From the NCBI GenBank assembly GCA_964291395.2, contig OZ219856.1, positions 160,001 through 224,000 of the forward strand: DNA of 64,000 nt, read 5' to 3'. Numbering within the stretch: the stretch's first letter is position 1; the number at the start of each line of letters is the position of its first letter. A model generated the notes under the pieces. That model saw only the letters and a list, made by a program, of their open reading frames with translations. It made no database searches and had not been told where the DNA came from. Shown in pieces: positions 31,087-40,242 of the stretch. Both the position numbers and the translations under genes were made by a program. This DNA comes from Alphaproteobacteria bacterium. GTDB taxonomy: Bacteria > Pseudomonadota > Alphaproteobacteria > UBA2966.

Positions 31087-32142
31087 TCAGACTCGCACGT
31101 CGGGCGCCCGGTGCGCCGACGAAACGTGCCCGTCGGACCGGGGATCGAACCGCGCGCGCCACCGCTCGAGGAGGTCGTCGTCCCCCTCGACGCAGCGCGC
31201 CTGCCGCAGCGCCACCTTGAGCGCGGCGCTGTAGATCGCGCCGCCGCCTTCTCCACCGTGGGCGTCGGGTGGATCGCCTGCCCGAAGCGCCGCGCCGACC
31301 GCGCGTTTCGCTTTCACATAGTCCATCGCACCCCAATCCCCGAGCAGCTTCTGGAACTTCTCGTGCGCGTCCCTGTCGAACGGGGTCCGCTCACCCAGGC
31401 GGTCGAACAGGGGGTTGCGCGGGTAGACCTGCAGGCAGACGGTGTACGCGGGCGGAACGACCGGGGTCCAGGGCGCGTGCCCGTCGCGGCCGAAGAGGTC
31501 CGGCAAGAGGTGCGTATGAGGCCCGTCGAGAAGATCCGTGTCGCCACGCGATTTGGGGATCGGTTGATAGACCTCGATGCGTCCGAGGGCCGAGAGAAAG
31601 ACCCGGTGGGGACCGGCCTCGACGATCGCGCGGCCCAGTTCGCCGCCTTCCGCGAATACGGACGTTCCCGACATCGTTCGGAGGCGTTCGATCAGGTTCC
31701 GATCGCCTGCCCGAATGCAGGCCCTGATACGGTCCGTCGGAAGGCCGAGATCGAACAGCGAGGCGTTTCGGTCCGACCCGCGAACGGCGCCCGCATCGGG
31801 GCCGCGATCCTCGAGACCCTCCGGACCCGCCATGCGCGCATGCTGCGAGGACAACACGGCAACGAGCCCTTGCTGCCAATGATCCCCCCGCTTCGACGGC
31901 GCCTCATAGGCGATCAGCCGAACGCCCGGCTTCAAACGAATGCGCATGGCACCGCGGCCGGTCGCGACGACGAGGTCCTCCGGAGCGTGGACATCATAGG
32001 TGTCCCGCTCGTCGTGAAGGAACTCGGCAATCGCGCCGTGAACCCCCAGGCCCCACCCCGTTTCGGGATGCCGCAGGAGATCCGCCAGGGTCGCCTGAAC
32101 GTCCGGCGCATCGTTCGGCGATCCGTGGCCCGAACCAGTCAA
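31087..32142 (-). CDS. Hypothetical protein
   Basis: 351-aa ORF packed between def and ribF on the same strand; GAIAEF, GRIEVYQPIP and GPHTHLLP segments. Confidence 0.7.
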   Translation of the reverse strand: MTGSGHGSPNDAPDVQATLADLLRHPETGWGLGVHGAIAEFLHDERDTYDVHAPEDLVVATGRGAMRIRLKPGVRLIAYEAPSKRGDHWQQGLVAVLSSQHARMAGPEGLEDRGPDAGAVRGSDRNASLFDLGLPTDRIRACIRAGDRNLIERLRTMSGTSVFAEGGELGRAIVEAGPHRVFLSALGRIEVYQPIPKSRGDTDLLDGPHTHLLPDLFGRDGHAPWTPVVPPAYTVCLQVYPRNPLFDRLGERTPFDRDAHEKFQKLLGDWGAMDYVKAKRAVGAALRAGDPPDAHGGEGGGAIYSAALKVALRQARCVEGDDDLLERWRARFDPRSDGHVSSAHRAPDVRV

Positions 32143-32236
32143 ACCGTCGCCCGCAGATTCGACGTTGCGATCAACGCCTTGCGTACCTGTTCTTCATCGC
32201 CGTGCTCGGCCTTGCGCCCCATCCGGAGACACCCGA

Positions 32237-32812
32237 TCAGCCGTCCGGGGTTCCGTCGAACTCCTCGACGGAGTAGTCGAAGTGCACGACGTCGTCGCCA
32301 AATTCCGAGGCGAAGCTGAACTCCGTCTTCATGTCCTCGATGCGCATCGGGTAAAGGACGCCGTCCAGGTGGTCGCACTCGTGTTGCAGGAGCATGGCGT
32401 GGAACCCGTGGGCGACGCGCTCTTCCTTCGTTCCATCCAGCGTCGAATAAGTGATCCGAATGTCCCGGTGCCGTCTCACCCTGCCGAACAGGCCGGGCAG
32501 CGAGAGGCAGCGTTCCCAGATCATCTGGCAATCGTCGCTCAACGGTTCGATGACCGGATTGATCATGGCGGTCCAGGGCACCGGTGCGGTCGCCGACCCC
32601 TTCGGTATGTGTTCCGCGGGGAGGCGATAGACCACCAGCCTCCGACCGACCGAGACCTGCGGCGCGGCGATCCCCCGGGCGTCGATATCGACCAGGGTAT
32701 CCTTCATGTCCTCCGCGAGACGCGCCACGGCCTCGGCCCTGGCATTTTCCACCGGCGCCGCCGCTTCCCTGAGAATGGGATTGCCCATCAGAACGATCTT
32801 GCGAATTGCCAT
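32237..32812 (-). CDS. def: Peptide deformylase (atypical motifs)
   Basis: GNPILR, ARGIAAPQ, ERCLS, QHECDHLDG. Confidence 0.85.
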   Translation of the reverse strand: MAIRKIVLMGNPILREAAAPVENARAEAVARLAEDMKDTLVDIDARGIAAPQVSVGRRLVVYRLPAEHIPKGSATAPVPWTAMINPVIEPLSDDCQMIWERCLSLPGLFGRVRRHRDIRITYSTLDGTKEERVAHGFHAMLLQHECDHLDGVLYPMRIEDMKTEFSFASEFGDDVVHFDYSVEEFDGTPDG

Positions 32813-32909
32813 CTCTGCGTCTCCTCCGTCCGCCGGGCGACTCCCGTCCACCGGCACCATACACTGCCGCGGTCCTTCTCGGCACGCCTCATGACGGAAG
32901 CGTCGGCCG

Positions 32910-34163
32910 TCAGCCCTGCGCGGCCTGAGACTCGAGGGACGAAGATATGCCGCTCAACTGACGCCACGCCCAGATCAGGGACAACAGCACCAGGAAAGCT
33001 CCGGTAGCCAGCGGCCAGCGCAGCCCGACGCTCTCCGACGCCGCGCCCATGATGAGGGCGCCGAGGGCGGGCACGCCCCGAAACGTCAGGCCGAAGATAC
33101 TCAGGACCCGCCCCCTTACGGAGGCATCGACGGTCAGCTGCATCAGGGTCTGCACGCCGATGCCCGTCATCGTCATTCCCAAGCCCGCGGCCGTGACGGC
33201 GGGAACGGCCACCCAGAGGGAATCGGTGGCGACGAACGCGAACATCGACAAGGCCTGGATGACCGTCGCGATCAGGACGAGCTTCGTCAGGCCTGACGGT
33301 CCGCCGCGCTGCGCGAGCCACAGGCCGCCTACCACGGCGCCGACGCCCGTCGCGCAGGTCAGCACGGCGAGAATGTCCGCTCCTCCTCCGAACACGCGAT
33401 CCGCGAAACCCGGAAGAAGCTCCTGAAACGGTCGGATCCCGAGACAGACCACGATCAGGATCATCAGGATCGGGGCGACTCCGGCGTGGGATGCCACGTA
33501 GCGGACCCCGTCGCCGAACTCGCGGACGAGACCGGGGCGATCTTGCTGGCGCGGAGTCACCGTGTTTTCGATACGAACGCGGCCGAGCGCCCACAGGAAC
33601 ACGGCAAAGCTCAGCGCGTTGAGGCCGAAGGTCGCCCCCGTCCCGAAAGCGAGAATCACCACGCCGGCGAAGGCCGGACCGATGAAACGCGCCAAGTTGA
33701 AAGAGATGGAGCTCAAGGCCACTGCGGTGGGCAGGTATTCGCGGCGAACCAGGCTGGGCACGAGGGCCATCCGCACGGGCTGATGAAACGCAGTGACGAT
33801 GCCGAGAAACAGTGTCAATGCGAACAGGATCTCGATCGTGATCAATCCTGAAACCGTCAGCCCGAAGAGTGCGACGGCTTGCAGAAGAGACAGCATCTGG
33901 TTGATCTTGGTGAGCCTGAGGCGATCCCAGCGATCGGCCGCGGAGCCTCCGATGGGCGCTACCAGGACCGCCGGAAACAGGTCGGCGAAAGCGACCGCCC
34001 CCAGCCAGGCGGCGGATTCCGTCAGTTCCCAGGTCAGCCAACCCACGCCGACCCGCTGCATCCACAGGCCGATCATCGAGACCGACATGCCGGCCATGTA
34101 GACGCCGTAGTTCGGCTGTCCAAGCGCCTGAACGATCCGCGTGAGGCCCGAGAAGCGGATCAT
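32910..34163 (-). CDS. MFS transporter
   Basis: About 12 hydrophobic segments; GSAADRWDRLRL, FNLARFIGPA, RGRVLS. Confidence 0.9.
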   Translation of the reverse strand: MIRFSGLTRIVQALGQPNYGVYMAGMSVSMIGLWMQRVGVGWLTWELTESAAWLGAVAFADLFPAVLVAPIGGSAADRWDRLRLTKINQMLSLLQAVALFGLTVSGLITIEILFALTLFLGIVTAFHQPVRMALVPSLVRREYLPTAVALSSISFNLARFIGPAFAGVVILAFGTGATFGLNALSFAVFLWALGRVRIENTVTPRQQDRPGLVREFGDGVRYVASHAGVAPILMILIVVCLGIRPFQELLPGFADRVFGGGADILAVLTCATGVGAVVGGLWLAQRGGPSGLTKLVLIATVIQALSMFAFVATDSLWVAVPAVTAAGLGMTMTGIGVQTLMQLTVDASVRGRVLSIFGLTFRGVPALGALIMGAASESVGLRWPLATGAFLVLLSLIWAWRQLSGISSSLESQAAQG

Positions 34164-34383
34164 CGGATGTCTTGCTCGGGCGAGATGGGTTCAACAACCA
34201 CAGATGTGCGATACGTTGCGGCCTGCCGGCCTTTCGAGAGGCGTCGACGTCGGCGAACGCCGAGGTCCGATTGCGCTCCGCTGGTCAGTAGGGAGCGTTT
34301 GTGCCACCATCGTACGAGCGACGCAAATCACGCCGCGTGCGGCGCGATGGCGGGCCCCTTCCAGGACAAGCAGGAACGAAGAC

Positions 34384-35178
34384 ATGAGCGACACCGTTTT
34401 GTATGAGACCGACGGCGCCATCGCGACCGTGACCCTGAACCGCCCGGAAAACATGAACACGATGAACAGCGAGCTGCTCGCGGCCGCGGTGGATATCTTC
34501 GAGCGGGTAGCGTCGGACGACACGATTCGGGCCGTCATATTCACGGGCAATGGTCGCGCGTTCTGTGCCGGCGGGGACCTCGGGGGCGGTGCCGGCGGCG
34601 GCGTCTTCGACGAGCGTCCCGTCCAACAGCAGGTCGAGAGCCTGCGCCGCTCGATGCGTACTTCCCAGCTTCTGCACGAGATGCCCAAGGTGACCATCGC
34701 CGCGATCAACGGCGCTTGCGCAGGCGCGGGCCTGTCCTGGGCCTGTGCCTGCGATCTTCGTTACGCTGCGGAATCGGCCAAATTCAACACCGCATTCCTG
34801 TCGGCGGGCGTTTCCGGCGACTTCGGGGGAACCTGGACCCTGCCGCGGATCGTCGGCCCGTCCAAAGCCCGAGAGCTGTACATGTTGTCCGAACGTTTCA
34901 CCGCTGCGGACGCGGAGCGTTTCGGACTCGTAGCGCGGGTTCTGCCCGACGGCGAGCTGGTGCCGACCGTCCGCCAGGTGGCGGAGAAGCTGTCCGGATC
35001 GGCCCCGCTCGCATTACAGCGGATCAAGGCCAATTTCAACGACTCCGAGCGCCTCAGTTTCAGCGAAGCTCTCGACCTGGAGGCAGACCGTCACACGCGA
35101 TGTGCGCTGACAGAGGACGCGACCGAGGCCGCCAGCGCCTTCATGGAGAAGCGAGAGCCCGTATTCAAGGGCCGTTGA
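34384..35178 (+). CDS. Enoyl-CoA hydratase/isomerase family protein
   Basis: TLNRPE, AFCAGGDL, IAAINGACAGAG. Confidence 0.92.
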   Translation: MSDTVLYETDGAIATVTLNRPENMNTMNSELLAAAVDIFERVASDDTIRAVIFTGNGRAFCAGGDLGGGAGGGVFDERPVQQQVESLRRSMRTSQLLHEMPKVTIAAINGACAGAGLSWACACDLRYAAESAKFNTAFLSAGVSGDFGGTWTLPRIVGPSKARELYMLSERFTAADAERFGLVARVLPDGELVPTVRQVAEKLSGSAPLALQRIKANFNDSERLSFSEALDLEADRHTRCALTEDATEAASAFMEKREPVFKGR

Positions 35179-35215
35179 GGCCAGGACGGACGTTCACCCC
35201 ATCCATGAGGCTGCC

Positions 35216-36610
35216 GTGACCAGTGCCGCCGACACCCTCGAGAGGTCGCTCACCAACTCCATGATCGTGGCGGCCTATCGGGAGAAGACGCCGACGTCCG
35301 AACGCCTGGCTGCCGAGGCGCATGCGCTGTTTCCCAGCGGACTGACCCACGACAGCCGGCATCTGACGCCCTACGGCATCTACGTGGAGCGGGCGGAGGG
35401 GTCGCACAAATGGGACGTCGACGGGAACGACTACGTCGACTACTTCGGCGGCCACGGAGCCTTGATCCTGGGCCACGGCCATCCCGATATCCGTGCCGCC
35501 GCCCACGGGGCCCTCGACGACGGTACGCACTTCGGCAGCGGCCACGAGATGGAGATTCGCTGGGCCAAACTTATCACGCGGCTCCTGCCATCGGCGGAAA
35601 AGGTCCGCTTCACGGCTTCGGGTACGGAAGCCACGCACATGGCGCTGCGCATCGCGCGGGCGTTCACCGGCCGGCCAAGGATTCTAAGGTTCCTGGGGCA
35701 TTTTCACGGCTGGCACGACCACATGGCATCCGGTGTCCACGGCCATTTCGACGGATCGCCGACCCCGGGCGTGCTGGATGACGTCGCCAGCGCCGTTACC
35801 CTGTGCCCGCCCGGCAACATCGACGCGGTGAAGAACGCCTTCCAAACGCACGATGACATTGCCGCGGTGATACTCGAACCCATCGGCAGTCAAACGGGCC
35901 AAGTCCCGCATCCTCCAGGATTCCTGACCGAGTTGCGGGAGATCACGCGCGCGTACGACGCGCTCCTGATCTTCGACGAGGTGGTGACGGGGTTCCGCGT
36001 GTCACGCGGGGGTGCCCAGGCGCACTATGGAGTGATGCCGGACCTGACGACACTCGCGAAAATCGTCTCAGGGGGCGTCCCCGGTGGAGCCGTTGCCGGT
36101 CGAGAGGATCTGCTGGAGCTGTTGGACTTTGAAGCGGCCGCACGGAACGGCAGGGCGAAAATCGGCCACCAGGGAACCTACAACGCCAATCCCTTGACGG
36201 CGGCGGCGGGTGTCGCGGCGCTCACCATCATCGCGGAAACGGATGCCTGTGAGCGCGCGAGTCGTTCGGCCGCGTCCCTGAGAAGCTCGCTGAACGCGGT
36301 CATCGAAGATGCGGGCGTGCCGTGGGCGGCATACGGCGAGTTCTCCATGTTCCACATCTTCACGAATCCCAAAGGCCGAGCGATCAAGGCCGGCGAGTTC
36401 GATCCTCTGGACCACGATTTCGAGGAGCTCGCCCTGAAGCCGAAGGAAACGATCCACAAGCTTCGCCTCGCCCTGCTGATAAACGGAGTCGATGTCACCG
36501 GCTGGCCCGGCGGCACCGTGTCGGTCGCCCATGGCGAGGCAGACATGTCGCATACGGCAGAAGCGTTCGCCCGGGCTCTGCACCTGCTCAGGCAAGACGG
36601 CGAGCTCTGA
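35216..36610 (+). CDS. Class III PLP aminotransferase (GSA aminomutase-like)
   Basis: DVDGNDYVD, SGTEAT, LIFDEVVTGFR, TTLAKIVSGG, GTYNANP. Confidence 0.9.
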   Translation: MTSAADTLERSLTNSMIVAAYREKTPTSERLAAEAHALFPSGLTHDSRHLTPYGIYVERAEGSHKWDVDGNDYVDYFGGHGALILGHGHPDIRAAAHGALDDGTHFGSGHEMEIRWAKLITRLLPSAEKVRFTASGTEATHMALRIARAFTGRPRILRFLGHFHGWHDHMASGVHGHFDGSPTPGVLDDVASAVTLCPPGNIDAVKNAFQTHDDIAAVILEPIGSQTGQVPHPPGFLTELREITRAYDALLIFDEVVTGFRVSRGGAQAHYGVMPDLTTLAKIVSGGVPGGAVAGREDLLELLDFEAAARNGRAKIGHQGTYNANPLTAAAGVAALTIIAETDACERASRSAASLRSSLNAVIEDAGVPWAAYGEFSMFHIFTNPKGRAIKAGEFDPLDHDFEELALKPKETIHKLRLALLINGVDVTGWPGGTVSVAHGEADMSHTAEAFARALHLLRQDGEL

Positions 36611-36651
36611 AGCGGTTTCAGTCAAACCGGAACCGCCAAAGGACGGAGTTC

Positions 36652-37077
36652 TCACTTCCGCGACCTGCCCGCCGGAGCGATTCGTTTCCTCAGCTTGACG
36701 AGTTCGGTTCGCTCGAACCGGAGATGACGAAGTTGCTCCGCGCTTCCCTCCCTGGCGGCGATGGTTTTCGATAGCTGCGCGACCACTTCGTCGATAACCT
36801 GGCCGAGCTGGCCTTTCTGGTCTTCCGAGCACTGCAGGACGACGTCGTGGTCCATCATCAGGTCGGCGAAGGCGTCCGCATCGGACTCGCCGAGACGCGT
36901 CAGCGCCCGGTCTACCTCGTCCCAGGACGCACGCCACTCTCGATACAGCCTGTCACGCGGACCCCTTCCCCGGGTTTTGGCCGTTTCCTCGAGACGTACC
37001 ATGATGCGGACGAATTGCCAGACACGGAAAGCGTTCTTGACCGCGGACGCACGAGCGCCGCTCCGGCGGATCGCCAC
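36652..37077 (-). CDS. Hypothetical protein
   Basis: Helical, charged ORF; GTG start inferred. Confidence 0.55.
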   Translation of the reverse strand: MAIRRSGARASAVKNAFRVWQFVRIMVRLEETAKTRGRGPRDRLYREWRASWDEVDRALTRLGESDADAFADLMMDHDVVLQCSEDQKGQLGQVIDEVVAQLSKTIAAREGSAEQLRHLRFERTELVKLRKRIAPAGRSRK

Positions 37078-37118
37078 GCCGGACTCCCCGGGGCGGTTTC
37101 CCAGGCTATCGGTTGGAA

Positions 37119-37319
37119 CTAGCCGATGAGGAACGGAATGACGCGAATAAACAGAAAGCCGAAGATCAGGAAGGACAACAGGATCAGTCCGATTGCGCCG
37201 AAACCGTATATGGCCCAGGTGGTGGGCTCGTTCCAATCCAGCACGATCTTGCGGTCCTGATGGGTGCGGGCATCGAGTACCGCTTGCGCTTCGGTCGTCG
37301 TCGCGTCTTCTTGTGACAT
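37119..37319 (-). CDS. Small membrane protein
   Basis: MSQEDATT... with a C-terminal hydrophobic helix; GGAGG RBS upstream. Confidence 0.6.
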   Translation of the reverse strand: MSQEDATTTEAQAVLDARTHQDRKIVLDWNEPTTWAIYGFGAIGLILLSFLIFGFLFIRVIPFLIG

Positions 37320-37552
37320 CCCTGCCTCCCGCCCGCGCACGCCCCGAGGACGTCGCGGGGTTCAAGCTCTTCGATGGTTTCCGGGGGTTCTCCCGGGTCT
37401 CCGAATCGGCGCTAGTTTACGTTTCTGGACGCGACGCGCAAGTAGGCGCCGGAAAGCGGTTCGGGAGTTTTCACGAGGCCGCGGGAGACTTGCGAAATAG
37501 CCGGGACACTATAGGGTGAGCGCAACTCCTCCATTCTAAGGGCGAGTCGGGC

Positions 37553-38119
37553 ATGGAACGACCCGTGCGCATCTACCTCATGCGCCACGCGAAGACCGCC
37601 GAACCTTGGCGTACGGCCCTGGATGCCCCGCTCGGCGAGGTCGGGCATCGACAGGCCAGGGAGGCCGCGCGCGTTTTGGCACCTCTCGGCCCGCTGCCGC
37701 TGTGGTCCAGTCCCTTGCGCCGGGCACGTCAGACGGCGAATCCTCTTGCCGCGCTCTGGCGTACGGAAATTCATATCGAGCCTCGGATTACCGAGATTCC
37801 CGCACCGGGCACGGATCCCAAGGCGCGGGGTGATTGGCTGATGCGGACGCTCACGTCCCGTTGGCGGGACATGGACGCGGACCTACGTGCGTGGCGCCGC
37901 GACGTGCTCGACACGATCGGTGCGGTCCGCGAAGACACCGTGATGGTGACCCACTACGTCGTCATCAATGCCATCGTGGGCGCGGCGACGAACGACGATC
38001 GCGTGATCTGTTTCCATCCGGACCATACCGACACGACCGTCGTCGAAAGGACCGGCGCCCGATTGACGGTCCTCGACTGCACGTTGAACGAGGTTTCCGA
38101 GGCGGCGCCCTCGACCTAG
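37553..38119 (+). CDS. Histidine phosphatase (phosphoglycerate mutase-like) family protein
   Basis: YLMRHA, SSPLRRARQTA, VTHYVVIN. Confidence 0.85.
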   Translation: MERPVRIYLMRHAKTAEPWRTALDAPLGEVGHRQAREAARVLAPLGPLPLWSSPLRRARQTANPLAALWRTEIHIEPRITEIPAPGTDPKARGDWLMRTLTSRWRDMDADLRAWRRDVLDTIGAVREDTVMVTHYVVINAIVGAATNDDRVICFHPDHTDTTVVERTGARLTVLDCTLNEVSEAAPST

Positions 38120-38209
38120 AGGCCGGCCCGTTCGGCTGGAGCCGCTCCGGCGCCCCTCGTCGCCCGTGGCGACGGACCTCCCATCCGCGCCAAGGGAATT
38201 GGTGCGTCG

Positions 38210-38755
38210 TCAGACGAGGTCGGAAACGCCTCGATAATCTCCCTGGCTGTAGAGCAATGCGTGACCTTCCTCGTGGTCGTGCATCCTGACTTGCACGACG
38301 TCGCCGAAGAATATCGTGTGGGATCCCGATTTGACGGCCTCCCGAATCCGGCAGATCACGTTGGCGCGGGCATCATGGAGTATGGGGGCGCCCGCCGCCG
38401 AATCCGTCCACACGGCGCCACCGGCGGCAAAACGTTCATCCCAATCCGTAATCCCCGCCTGACCGGCGAACGCCTCGGCGATCAGGCGCTGATTCTCGTT
38501 GAGGATGTTGACCGAGAAGCATCGCGCGTCGGCGATCAGGTCGTGTGACGACGACGCCCGGTTCACGCAGATGAGCATCGTCGGCGGGTCGAGCGAAACG
38601 GAGCAGACCGCGGTCATGGTGAGACCGCCGCGCGCGCTTCCGGATCTTGCCGCGACGACCGATACGCTTGCCGCCAACTGACGCATCGCCATGCGGAGGC
38701 CGTCCGCCATCGCCTGGGCAGATTGCGATTCGAAGTCGATCGTGTCCTGGGTCAT
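38210..38755 (-). CDS. Flavin reductase family protein
   Basis: CSVSLDPPTMLICVN, FSVNIL, GSHTIFFGDV. Confidence 0.9.
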   Translation of the reverse strand: MTQDTIDFESQSAQAMADGLRMAMRQLAASVSVVAARSGSARGGLTMTAVCSVSLDPPTMLICVNRASSSHDLIADARCFSVNILNENQRLIAEAFAGQAGITDWDERFAAGGAVWTDSAAGAPILHDARANVICRIREAVKSGSHTIFFGDVVQVRMHDHEEGHALLYSQGDYRGVSDLV

Positions 38756-39211
38756 CGTCTCACGCGCATGTCCCCAAGTGTGGCATAGAGGCGGGCTTCG
38801 AACCAAACCCCGAGGAGGTATGGCAGCAACATGGACACGGATGTGATCATGATTGGCCTCGGCCTCGCAGCGCTTGTGGCTGGCCTGTCGGCTGGCTCAA
38901 GGCGGACATCTCCGGGCTGCGCGGAAATACAGCGGTTGGACGGCCGCTTGCGGCGCCCGCAGCGCGGCCCGATTAACCCAAAGGCCACCTCTCTTGGAGC
39001 GAGCACGCCCTCGAAGGGCGCGGAAATCCTTCGGGTCGTGAGCAATGAGGAGGATTTGAACCGACTAGAAGCCAGCCCGTCCTCGACAGCACGGCCTGGT
39101 GCCTGCTGCGCGGCAGCGAACGTGGACCTTAACCCTCATCAAGTGTCCCTTGGCGCGCGAGCGCTATGGTCGAGCCAGCCGAAACCGGCGATTGAATAAC
39201 GGCAGGGCGGG

Positions 39212-39391
39212 ATGGAGCTGCTCTATTTCACGGTCGTGGCGGTCGCGCTCTACTTCGTCTCCGACTGGATCGTCGATCGCATCGAGCATGCGGCGGGCCG
39301 TCGTTTCGAACACCGTACGCTGCTCTTCTTCGCCGTCATCCTCGCTCTCGGGACTGTCGCCTTCTGGCTGATCCGAACGCTATCGAGTTGA
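39212..39391 (+). CDS. Small two-TM membrane protein (59 aa, absent from the ORF track)
   Basis: MELLYFTVVAVALYFVSDWIVDRIEHAAGRRFEHRTLLFFAVILALGTVAFWLIRTLSS*. Confidence 0.75.
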   Translation: MELLYFTVVAVALYFVSDWIVDRIEHAAGRRFEHRTLLFFAVILALGTVAFWLIRTLSS

Positions 39392-39401
39392 TCTAAATCA
39401 A
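39388..39401. promoter_or_regulatory. FNR/FixK/DNR-type box upstream of the oxidase operon
   Basis: TTGATCTAAATCAA is a perfect TTGAT-N4-ATCAA; -10-like TAGGGT at 39424-39429 fits class II spacing. Confidence 0.85.
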
Positions 39402-39494
39402 TCAGGGCTTTCCACCGGCTTGCTAGGGTGCCCCGGTCGGGCGCCTCTCCCCGACTCGAGCGTGTCGCGGCGAGGCCGAGAGAGGGGACGAATC

Positions 39495-39671
39495 ATGACG
39501 GATACCGGTCAAGACACGAGAGCGTCGGATCAGCCGGCCGAGCGCGTGCCCTTCATGCAGCGCCTGCTGGACAATCCGTTCCTGCTGCTCTTCCTCGGGG
39601 TCGCCGTGCCGGCGGTCCTCTATCTCATGTGGGGGATCATGGAGGTCGCCCAGATCCCCATCGCGCCGTAG
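39495..39671 (+). CDS. Small single-TM subunit (subunit IIa-like) of the heme-copper complex
   Basis: 58 aa; PFMQRLLDNPFLLLFLG...WGIMEV; directly precedes subunit II. Confidence 0.75.
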   Translation: MTDTGQDTRASDQPAERVPFMQRLLDNPFLLLFLGVAVPAVLYLMWGIMEVAQIPIAP

Positions 39672-39686
39672 GCCGGAGGGACCGAC

Positions 39687-40232
39687 ATGGCCATACATCC
39701 GCCCGAAAAACGCATTTGGTGGAACGAGCCCCTCGAAAGATCAGAAGTCACGTGGATCACCATCGCTTTCATCTGGGGCCTGGTGATGTTCTTCACCATG
39801 GTGTTCTGGCACTTCACCGGCGAACAGAACCTCTCCAACGAGGCCTACCGTATCCACCCCGAGACCTTCGCCGAGCGCACCGAGGCGATGGCCGACCAAT
39901 ATACGGTCCGCGAAGAGGGCGACACCGGTATCCCGGTGGTCCATCCGCCGCCGGGAAGCGACGTTTACATGTTGGCGCGCCTTTGGGAATGGTGGCCGAT
40001 CCTCGAACTGGAGGAGGGTAAGGACTATCGCCTGCACCTCTCCTCGATGGATTGGCAGCACGGTTTCTCGCTGCAGCCCGAAAACATCAACATCCAGGTC
40101 CATCCGGGCTACGAGCTCGTGTTGACGCTCACGCCCGAGGGCGTCGGGGAATACGGGGTCGTTTGCAACGAATTCTGCGGGATCGGCCACCACCAGATGG
40201 TGGGAAAGATCTACGTGGTGGAAGCGAAATAG
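39687..40232 (+). CDS. Heme-copper oxidoreductase subunit II (CuA, single TM)
   Basis: DWQHGF and CNEFCGIGHHQM CuA motifs. Confidence 0.93.
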   Translation: MAIHPPEKRIWWNEPLERSEVTWITIAFIWGLVMFFTMVFWHFTGEQNLSNEAYRIHPETFAERTEAMADQYTVREEGDTGIPVVHPPPGSDVYMLARLWEWWPILELEEGKDYRLHLSSMDWQHGFSLQPENINIQVHPGYELVLTLTPEGVGEYGVVCNEFCGIGHHQMVGKIYVVEAK

Positions 40233-40242
40233 GGGGCGCGTC

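Noticed and set aside
35216-36610. Calling this gene hemL
   Set aside because: GSA-aminomutase-like but divergent; Alphaproteobacteria usually use ALA synthase, so the specific function is unsupported
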